Assembly: GCF_009914755.1 (NCBI RefSeq)
Contig: NC_060934.1
Reading direction: 5' to 3' (one strand)
DNA from: the human T2T-CHM13v2.0 reference genome, Homo sapiens
DNA: 64,000 bases
Below, one piece after another: positions 14,308 to 30,296 of the stretch; the stretch's first letter is position 1, and every line of letters begins with the position of its first letter. The notes below the pieces were generated by a model. That model was given only the letters and a program-made list of their open reading frames with translations. It did not search any database and was not told where the DNA came from. Position numbers and translations under genes: made by a program.

Positions 14308-15775
14308 TTAACCCCTTGTTAGACATATAGTTTACAAATATTTTCTCCCATTATATAGGTCATCTCTTCATTCTGTTGACTGTTTCCCTTGCCACGCAGA
14401 AGCGTCTCAGTTTGATATAATGCCATGTGTCGGCCGTACACTGAGCTCCACAGAAACAACGCCAGGGCAAGTGTGAGCCAGAAAGGCACTGAGCAACTCT
14501 ATGCCTTGATGAGGAAAAATAACTGAACATGGGCAAAGATCCAAAGAAGTCAAGAGGCAAAAATGTCATTATACACATTATTTGTGCAAACTTGCCAGGA
14601 GGAGCACAGGAAGCACCCAGATGGTTCAGTCAGCTTCTAAGGGTCTTTCTAAGAAGCGCTCAAAGAGGTGGAAAACCACGTTTGCTAAAGAGAAGGGAAA
14701 ATGTGAAGACAGGCAAAGATAACCCTGGCCCATTATGAAAGAGAAATGAAAGCCTACACCCCTCCTAAAGGGAAAACAAAATAGAAGTTCAAGGATCCCA
14801 ATACACCCAACGGGCCTCCTTTGTTTGGCCTTTTTCTTGTTCTGTTCTGAGTATGGGCCAAAAATCAAAGGTAAACATCCTGGCCTATCCACTGGATATA
14901 CTGTAAAGAAACTGGGAGAGCTGCAGGTGACAAGCAACCTTATGGAAAGATGGCTGTGAAGCTGAAGGAAAAATACAAAAAGGATATTGCTGCATACCAA
15001 GCTAAAGGAAAGCCTGATGCTGCAAAAAAAAAAAACACGAGTCATCAAGGCTGAAAAAAAAAGCAAGAAAAAGAAGAAAGATGAGGAAAATGAAGAGAAT
15101 GAGGAAGAAGAGGAAAATAAAGATAAACATGAAGATGATGACAAATCAGTTGGTTCTAGCAGGCTTTTTTTTTTTTTTTGAAGAAAGAATTGAAATGTAA
15201 GGCTGTATAAGATTTGTTTTCAAACTGTACAGTGTCTTTTTTTGTACAGTTAATACACTACCAAACATGTCTTTAGATAGCCCTGTCCTGGTGGTATTTT
15301 CAATAGCCACTAACCTTCTTGGTATAGCACGGGGGTTGTAAAATGGCATGGAAATTTAAAGGTACTTGGTGCACAGCACAAATCAGTTACTTACGGAGAT
15401 GGTAGTTTCTTCATCTTCAGTTGTTGTCTCTATGCAGCTTACATGAAATAATTGTTCTGTTAACTAAACTAAATACCACTCTGTAATTGCAAAAACAAAA
15501 GCTGCAGTTGTTTGTTAAAATTCTGAATGCTTCTAATACAATTTTTTATTAAGAAAATAATAATAATGCCATTTGCTATTTTTGCTTTCGTTGCCTGTGT
15601 TTTAGAGGTCATATCCAAAAGTCCTTGCCCAGACTAATGTCATGAAGCATTTCCCCTATGTTTTCTTTCTATAGTAGGTTCATAGTTTCAGGTTTTATAT
15701 TTAATTCTCTAATTAAATATAAAATGACTGTTTTATATGGTGAGAGAGAATCTAGCTTCATTCCTCTGCATGTCG
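14308..15775 (-). mobile_element. Inverted 5' segment of an L1 (L1MA-like ORF2), split by the HMGB1 pseudogene
   Basis: Antisense L1 ORF2 sequence is continuous across the pseudogene TSD. Confidence 0.8.
14427..15562 (+). pseudogene. HMGB1 processed pseudogene (possibly HMGB1P7), antisense within ARHGAP12 intron 1
   Basis: HMGB1 5'UTR, ATG at 14529 (MGK-DPKK.RGKMS), HMG-box remnants, acidic tail and 3'UTR up to the proximal poly(A) site; intronless; frameshifts, stop and deletions; TSD ATAATGCCAT at 14417-14426 and 15563-15572. Confidence 0.95.
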
Positions 15776-17115
<1,340 letters not shown>

Positions 17116-17940
17116 AAAAATGTGCTGAGAATGTGGAAATGGAATCATGAAATAATTTACGTTTAAAAAAATGAAACAAACTTCACAGAAAGGACAAAAA
17201 TCAGATAAATTCTCTGAAAAAAATAATTAAAATGATTATGGCGTAGCACTAAAACTTTAGATCTAGGTAACAGTATCTACAAATGTGTGAATAATTAATG
17301 CTATTTTTACTTAAAAACATAAGCTGTATTAAAACAAACGTTTACAGTTTTAATTTTGGGTTGTTTCTTCCTCTGTTCCCCAGACCTGTAGATTCTGTTC
17401 TTAAGAGAAAGTTGAACGCTGTTTATCCTGTTTCTATAAAGTATTTTGGTTAAAAGTTTGCTCAATCAAATACAACGCTGTCCAAGCACAATACTCCTGG
17501 AACTGAAATGTATTCTATACTATACCCATCACCACACGCCTCCATCCATATTCATCCCAAACACTTACAACTACTAAGTACCCAACTCCCAGTATATACA
17601 AGGTCTGCATACCTACTGCCTGCTACACCCCGATGCTGCTCTTAGCAGTCTCAAAAACGCCCATACAAGCTTTTCATGCCTCTTACCAGTCTTCTTCCTC
17701 CTCCCTTTTTCCACGTTTCAACAACCACCACCCCCGACACACACGCCTGCTTATATATTTTACTTCTCTGCCCCCAAGTCAGATTCAAATTTCCTATCAC
17801 GCTATTTTTTAATCTAAAAGCCTCCTCCTTTCTATCTGCCAATTTTTAAAATTTTCTTCCCATTTAAACTACCAAGAAGCCTACCAAAACTTAAACAGTT
17901 CAGCAAATGTTGTCTTTCTCCCCCAGGACATCCGTTTTAA

Positions 17941-18303
<363 letters not shown>

Positions 18304-18514
18304 GAAACATAATGTATCTTAATTAGTGAGCTTACAATTTAAGTCCAATCCAGATACGTATAACCTATTTAGCAATGCTAATATTGTGAACTATAAAATG
18401 TTAATATAGCTTCAAACATATAAAATATTAAGAAACTTTTCCAGTTTAAGCACTGAACTTCGCATCAAATCCTCCGAGTATTTTTTAAAGTACTTGTTTA
18501 AAATTAATAATCCC

Positions 18515-18813
18515 AGGCCGGGCGCGATGGCTCACACCTGTTAATCCCAGCACTTTGGGGGGCTGAGGCGGGCAGATCATGAGGTCAGGAAATCGAGACC
18601 ATGCTGGTTAACACGGTGAAACCTCGTCTCTACTAAAAATATAAAAATTAGCCAGGCGTGGTAGCACGTGCCTGTAATCCCAGCTACTCGGGAGACTGAG
18701 GCAGGAGAATATCTTGAACGGGAGGCAGAGGTTGCAGTGAGCCAAGATCGCACCACTGCACTCCAGCACTCCAACAGAGCAAGACTTAGTCTCAAAAAAA
18801 TAAAAAAGAAAAG
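18515..18813 (+). mobile_element. Alu
   Basis: Alu consensus. Confidence 0.95.
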
Positions 18814-19265
18814 AAATCATTACCCTAGTCTTTATAAAAGTTCAATGAAACTTTCGATCTCCTAACAACTTATTCTAGAAGAAAAACATTCACTTCACAA
18901 CACTACTGGCTACCCAGGTATCTTCTCCTCCCCAACCCATTCAGGTATTCTGAAACTATACACATTACTCTCTTAAAGAAAATCTTCTAAATATCACTTA
19001 CATTCAATTACTTGCATGTGTTTACCAATCCCCCATGTTTTAAAAAGATATAATCCACAAAACAAAGGCAAATACATCTGTTAGTGCAGCAATTATTTAA
19101 GTCTGGCCACTGCAAAGTTCTAGTGTCAGACATCAGTAACTCACCCAAAAAAAGGAGAAAACACTCTATAATGTTTAAATTATGCCAGTTTACTTCAAAT
19201 AAACATTGGGATATCAAGAGTCATGGTGGGCAAAGAACCTGACAGACATTTTTCAAAAGAAGATA

Positions 19266-19643
19266 CAGACGGTTCCCAACTTGCAATGGTTCCAGTTACA
19301 ATTTCCTGACTTTATGGTGGGTTTATTGGAATATCAAATACCTTTTTTTTTTTCTTTTGAGAGATGGGGGTCTCATTCTGTCACTTAGGCTGGAGTGCAG
19401 TGGTACCATCATAGCTCACTGCAGCCTTAAACTCCTGGGTTCAAGAAATCTTCCTGTCTCAGCCTCCTGAGTAGCTAGGACTACAGGTACGTACCACCAC
19501 ACCTAGCTAATTTTTAATCTTTTTAGAGATGAGGGTCTTGCTATGTTGCTCAGGCTAATTTAAATGCATTTTTGACTCACAACATTTTTGACTTATGATC
19601 AGTTTATGAGAACATAATACCATCATAAATTAAGGAGCATCTG
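19266..19643 (-). mobile_element. MER47/Tigger5-family DNA transposon, split by an antisense Alu (19343-19557)
   Basis: TA-CAGACGGT...GGAGCATCTG-TA ends. Confidence 0.65.
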
Positions 19644-19702
19644 TATATAAGCGGCCAGTAAGAACCTGCAAAGATGCTGAATATTACTGATCATTAGGGA
19701 AA

Positions 19703-19703
<1 letters not shown>

Positions 19704-19738
<35 letters not shown>
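19704..19738. repeat. (CA)17 microsatellite
   Basis: Direct read. Confidence 0.95.
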
Positions 19739-19739
<1 letters not shown>

Positions 19740-19791
19740 AATGAGATACCACTTCACACCCAACAGGACGGCTATCATTTTTTTTAAATTA

Positions 19792-19971
<180 letters not shown>

Positions 19972-20888
19972 CTACGCAGTAGGCTGAAGTGAAAGAATCG
20001 CTCAAGCCTGGAAGTTGAGGCTGCAGTGGGCTGTGACTGTGCCACTGCATTCCAACCTCAGCAACAGAGTGAGACCCTGTCTCAAATAAATAAATATAAC
20101 TAAATAAATAACAAATGTTTGTGAGGATGTGGAGAAACTAAAACTCTTGTGCACTGCTGGTGGAAATGTAAAGTGGTACAGCCACTAGGGAAAATGGTAT
20201 GGTAGTTCCTCAAGGAAACTGAAAATACAATTACCACATTATCCAGCAATTCCACTTCTGGGTATACACCCACAAGAATTGAAAGCAGAAAGTCAAACAG
20301 ATATTTGTATATCCATGTTCACAGCAGCATTAATCACAATAGCCAAAAAGTGGAAGCAAACTAAATATCCATCAATGGACGAATAAACAAAATGTGATAC
20401 ATACATAAAATATTATTCAGCCTTAAAAAGGAAGGAAATTCTGACAGTACAATGTGAATGAACTCTGAAGACTATTTATGCTTAGGGAAATCGCCAGTCA
20501 CAAAGGGCAAACATTATATGATTTCATGTATATAAGGTACCTAGAGTAGTCAAATTCATAAAGACAGAAAGCAGAATGGTGGTTACCAAGGGATGGAGAA
20601 AGACAGCAACAGGAAGTTACTGCTTAATGGGTATGGAGTTTCAGTTTAGAAAGATGAAAAAGTTCTGGAGATGAAGGGTGGTGATGGCTGGACAACAAAG
20701 TTAATTTATTTGATGCCACAGAACTGTGCACTCAAAAATGGTTAAAACAGTAAATTTCATGTTATATATATTTCACTAAAGACACTGTAGTATACAATTT
20801 AAATCACCTTATACCCATCTACTCAAAAGCCACAAGTAACTAAAATCCTCATGAAGCTCTTACAAATCCTCTTTAAAAGTAGATATAG

Positions 20889-21907
<1,019 letters not shown>

Positions 21908-22179
21908 TCAGCACATTTTGTCATCTACTGGAAAAAAAAAATCCACGATTTGTAAGTTTTATTCAAATTGATTTTAACAAGAATAAAAATCAATAATGTA
22001 AACTAAAGCCCAAATTAGGTATCACTACACATCAACTACAATAAAGTTTTTGTTTTTGTTTTTGTTTTAAAAAAGACAATAACAGTGCTGGCAAGTATTC
22101 CAGAAACTAGAGTATTTACATAGTGTTAGTGAGAGTGCTAAATAGCACAGCCAGTTTAGTAGTTTCTTACAAACCTAAG

Positions 22180-25690
<3,511 letters not shown>

Positions 25691-26089
25691 TCTAAAATAG
25701 GAAACAGTACAAACCTCAAAAGATCCTTGTAAGAACGGAAAGAGAAAACGCGAAAAAAAGCACTTAGATATAAAGCATGATAGATGGTATCACATTAATC
25801 ACTGCTTACTCAAGGAAGCAAAAGCTGTAATAGAGAAATACAAATCATATAGTATGTAGCCTTCTGTGTCTGACATGTTTCACTTAGATTAATGCTTTTG
25901 AGATTCACTCATGTTGTCTCCATAGATCATTCTTTTTTATTGTTGAATGTTAGTTTATTTTATGTATGTACATTACACTTTAATAAAACTGAAATTTAAA
26001 AATATATATTATGTAGCAAAATATAGGAAATTTTCAGCCAACTTTAAAAGATGTCACTCTAACCTCATAACATATTCTGAATTCTGCTG

Positions 26090-26545
26090 TGGGGAAGGAA
26101 AAGAGCACAGAACTTGGAGTCAGAGGTCTAAATTTTAAATCTAGGCTTTACCATTTATCAGCTCTCAGGACCCTAGGCACCTTAACTTGCCTGTAAAACA
26201 AAGCAAACAATACAAACCTCAAAAGATGTTTGTGAGAAGAAAGAAAAAAAACTTTGTAACTTTCAGACGTCACAGAGTATCTACATTAATCAGTGCTTAC
26301 TCAAGGAAGCAAAAGTTGTGAGAGTAGAAAAATAGTCACAAACGCACTGATAATTTATAAAACATCCTGTCTCTGTCTCTCGCTGTGTGACTCTGGACAA
26401 GTCATTTAACCTCTCTGGGCTTCAGTTTTTTCCATCTGCAAAGTGCAGCTTATTAGTAGTACATACTGCATACTGGGAGAATTAAGTAAATGTGTGTAAG
26501 GCACTTGAAATAGTGCATGGAGCATGGCAAGTGCTTTAAAAGTTT
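26090..26545. mobile_element. MIR fragments
   Basis: GGACAAGTCATTTAACCTCTCTGGGCTTCAGTTT..CATCTGCAAA core. Confidence 0.7.
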
Positions 26546-26644
26546 TAGGTCTTACTCCAAAAAAACTATTATCATCATCCTACCAGACCCAATACTGGCC
26601 ACCATCCTGCCCAAACAAGCTGTAGCAGTACAAGTGATTAATAA

Positions 26645-27515
26645 TCTAGATCACTGGATTCTCAAACTTTTAGTGAGCAATGGAATAATCTGAAGAACTT
26701 TTCTAAAAATAAACTTCTTATTTTAAAAGAGTTTTAGATTTACATAATTACTGCAAAGATAGTCCACAGAGTTCCCATGTACTCTGGACCCAGTTATCCC
26801 TATTAACAACTTATGTTAGTATGGTACATTTGTCATATTCAATCAACCAACACTGACACATAACAATTTCCACACTTCATTCAGATTTCCTTAGTATTCT
26901 CCTAATGTCCTTTTTCTGTTCCAGGGTCCCATCCAGAATACCACATATACATTGTATAGCCATATCCCAGAGCGTTTTCAAACCACAGATTACAGGCTCT
27001 AGCCCTAGATATTCTAACAACAACCGGTATGAGGTGGGGCCCTAAAATTTACATTCTCAAGGATTGCTGATGAGGCCAATCTGAAAATACACTAAGAGTA
27101 ACATTGGTCTACACTTTTAGACTCCAAAACTGTTGTTCGATACAGCAGTCACTAGTCAAATGTGCCTAATGCAAATTGAGAAATGCTCTAAGTGTAAAAC
27201 ACACTTGATATTTCAAAAAACCTGGTCCAATGTAAAGAACATAAAATATCTCATTAATAATTTTCATATTACATGTTAAAATGATATTGTGAATATACTA
27301 AGTAAAATATATTCATTTATTTCACTTTTTTTCCACGTGCTTACTTTTTATAATGTGAATACTAGAAACTTTAAGCACAAGTAATTTATATAGGCATTAC
27401 ATTTCTATTGGACAGCAGTGGTCTGTGGTCTGGCAGAACAGCATCCATATGACCAAGTGGATATTAGAAGTGCAGGTGATTCCTATGCACGTTAAAATTT
27501 GAGAAGCACTAGATT
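26645..27515. mobile_element. hAT-Charlie (MER5A/MER3-like) fragments plus an antisense L1MC 3' end
   Basis: TTCTCAAACTTT..., TTTGAGAAGCACT, TTTCTATTGGACAGCA motifs. Confidence 0.55.
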
Positions 27516-29550
27516 ATCAACAGGGGAAGGAGGCTTAGAGACTACACCATTTGGCAGTTCAGTTCAATTAAAGAGCTAATCAATTACAAAACGAAACTGC
27601 AGAATATTCATTAAGTCCATGAAGTCAATGAAAGTAATAGGGAAATGGCTGAATCACAGCAAAGCCATATACCAATGAGCCGGGGCCAGCTAACTGAAGA
27701 AAAAAAAAAAAACCACAAGGATAGTGGCCCAATAGGTTCCTCAAAAGAGGTAATCTGAAAAGCCCGATTTGAAGTACAGTGATGCTATGTCGTACTACGA
27801 CACCTTTCACATCTGATTCATACTACAAAATAGTGCATATTTGCAATTCTAGCCAAAATTGTTAAATACAGGACAAAAGTTTAATTTCACTTTTCTCTCC
27901 CATGATTTATTGTAAAACTGTGATGCCCATTTTCTCAGGTAAGTAAAATATTAGTACTACTGTTTAATGGTTAAACAGATCACCACTATTTAGTTTTTAC
28001 TCTATTTAAAAATTTTAATCACCCGTATTATTTTCAGTAATATCACTTACGTAGAGTACTTAAAAATTTGTAAAGTTCACTTTCTATCAGCCTACTAAAA
28101 AACCACTGAGCAGATTCTTTCTAATTAAAGAAAAGTCAAATGATTAACTACAAGTAACATGCTGTTTTTCTACAGCACTTAATCTATTTTCATTTGCACC
28201 TCGAAACAACTGGTATTAGCAAATATAAAACCGAAAGAGATGCAATGTATTGATAATTATATATGAACAACTAATATATATATAACTAACTATACAGACG
28301 GCATTATCTTAACAATCAATGAGTCATCAGTCTTCTCCAGCTTGATGAAGTACGAACAGAAATCTATCAACAAATATTGGCGCATAAATATACATACACA
28401 CATTATATTACACTTCTGGGGTTTCTTTTTCCCCCACAGAGAAACACTTTTAGAACAGTGGAGCCGCATGCAACCAGGGGTCGCACATATGTGCGCAGAC
28501 GGTCTGGCTCGTCAGGTGGCATGGGTGGGGGTCACGCTTTCACTGCCTGCTTTGGGCTCTCAAAACCCAGCTCTGAAACGTTTCCAAGGCAATTTTAAAA
28601 CAAAGAAAAAAAAATACTGTGCCAGGAGCCAAAATGCCTATTCAGACCAGAGGAGGTAGAGGAAGATGACCGATTCTGTAAAACACCCTCCTACAGATAA
28701 AGAAAAGGCGATATGGGCAAATACACACACATCTAGGCCATCGTTCCCGACTTTTAAGTATGAAAGAGGCGTGGCTAGGGGCTAGATACTTATTTTTAAC
28801 ACTTCCATTGAAACACCCGGAGTCTCCCAAGGTCTAACCTCTAGAAGTCGGGTGGCAGAACCTGAATCAGAACCCGAGTGAGCCTTCCTTCCTCCACCAC
28901 CTCCCTTTAGGAACGCATGCCTAAATAGTCGATAAAATCTACTTCTCAATGTCATGATTAACCCAAAAGCCAGCCACAACCAATCGTGTTATTAGAGTGC
29001 TAAAAGCCTCTATCCACAACAAACACTCCACTTGGGATGACATTAAAACTTTCGATAAAGGTGTACTTTCAACGTCGTGCTTTAGCCTTTGAAAATACAT
29101 TTACAAAACTGCAGCTGCAGTCAAAAGGAAAACATCACACGCCTCGAAAGCTGAAGGGCGTGCCTTTTTCTCTAACGAAGACCGTGTGGCCATTTCTTCT
29201 CAAAGGGTCTGCAGTCACTTAAGATAGCAACGCGTAAAGGACAGCCGTTCTGAGAAGACAACCAGCTCCCCTGAGATGGGAGGCGGGCTGCACGCTGGTA
29301 AAGAGGATTTTTCAATTCAAGGACTTTGAGGAGATTCCGCCCAGAGAAGCTGGAGGGGAGCGAATGCACGTCCATCCAGCAGGGGCAGGGCACCGGGAAA
29401 GACCGCAAAGAAGAAAGTGTCCGGTTTAAGGTCAACAGTCCTCGAGGGACGCCCCAGGTGGATTCCCCGGGTGGGCTCCCCGGGTGGGTGGAGGCCTGCA
29501 AGCCCCACCGCGATTAGGGAGTGGGCCCAGGGCGCGGGAGGGGCCGGGCC

Positions 29551-29557
29551 GGCCTTT

Positions 29558-29588
<31 letters not shown>

Positions 29589-29715
29589 CCGCCTTTTGCA
29601 GACACACGCGCGCGCACACACCCGCCTTTTGCACATAGACACGCACACACCCGCCTTGTGCACACACGCGCGCACTCTCCCGCACTCACACACACACCCG
29701 CGCACCCTCACACTC
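29551..29715. repeat. Compound CA/CG alternating purine-pyrimidine minisatellite-like repeat
   Basis: GCCTT(T/G)TGC core recurs four times, separated by (CA)n/(CG)n runs. Confidence 0.85.
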
Positions 29716-29723
29716 TCCTCCCT

Positions 29724-29831
29724 GGGGGCGGGGCGGGCGGGCGCTGCCCTCACACAGGAAGTCAGGAAACCCAGGGGGCAGAGAAGCCACAACTTCGGGC
29801 CATTTAAACCCTCTCGCCCACGTCAGCCAAT
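29724..29831. promoter_or_regulatory. Intron 1-proximal motif cluster: GC/G4 tract, ETS, UPRE/CRE-like, CCAAT
   Basis: GGGGGCGGGGCGGGCGGG 29724-29741; CAGGAAGT 29755-29762; CCACGTCA 29818-29825; CCAAT 29827-29831. Confidence 0.55.
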
Positions 29832-29924
29832 AGGCTGCGCCGGCCCCCTCCCCCTCGGCGCCTACCCCCCGCGCCCAGAGCCCCTCGCTGCGCGCCCGAC
29901 CTCCCTTTGCGCGCACCTCCGCGG

Positions 29925-29945
29925 CGCCGCCGCCGCCGCCGCCGC
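29925..29945. repeat. (CGC)7 trinucleotide repeat in intron 1
   Basis: cgccgccgccgccgccgccgc. Confidence 0.9.
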
Positions 29946-30071
29946 GCCTCCCGCACACGCCTCCCCCCGACTCCACCGCCCTCGGCGGGCACAGCCCGGC
30001 CCCGGCGCGCCTTTGTGCAGCGCCTCGCCAACCTGCCCTCCGTCCGCCAGGACCCGCGCCCTGCACCTCAC

Positions 30072-30260
30072 CGGGAGCCCGGCGGCCTCGCAGCAGGCGG
30101 CTCCCTTCTTAGTCCGCCCCGCGGCTGCGGGTCGACGACGCGAGCCCGAAGAGCGTTCACACGGCTACGGCCGCGGCCGGCCCGTCCCCGCAGGCTGGCC
30201 TCTGAGGGAGGGTAAGTTACAGGGCACGTCGGAGCGCGCCGGCGCGGGGGCGGGGCTCAC
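30072..30260 (-). other. ARHGAP12: ARHGAP12 non-coding exon 1 (5' end approximate)
   Basis: Donor CCG|GTGAGG at 30072/30071 inside CpG island, just downstream of GC-box/E-box cluster; no ATG in the exon. Confidence 0.75.
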
Positions 30261-30296
30261 GTGACGCGCGGGGGCGGGGCGGGAGGCTCACGTGAT
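30241..30296. promoter_or_regulatory. Two TCACGTGA (CLEAR-like/USF/MiT-TFE) E-boxes, each preceded by a GGGGCGGGGC Sp/KLF box
   Basis: TCACGTGA at 30257-30264 and 30288-30295. Confidence 0.75.

Noticed and set aside
14626-15144. 172-aa Ser/Phe-rich ORF
   Set aside because: Antisense reading of the HMGB1 pseudogene acidic tail
14529-15181. HMGB1-like ORFs as a functional retrogene
   Set aside because: Frameshift within the first dozen codons, premature stop and deletions
27788-27802. 15-bp interrupted palindrome TGTCGTACTACGACA
   Set aside because: A 7-bp-arm inverted repeat is expected by chance in 64 kb; no supporting context
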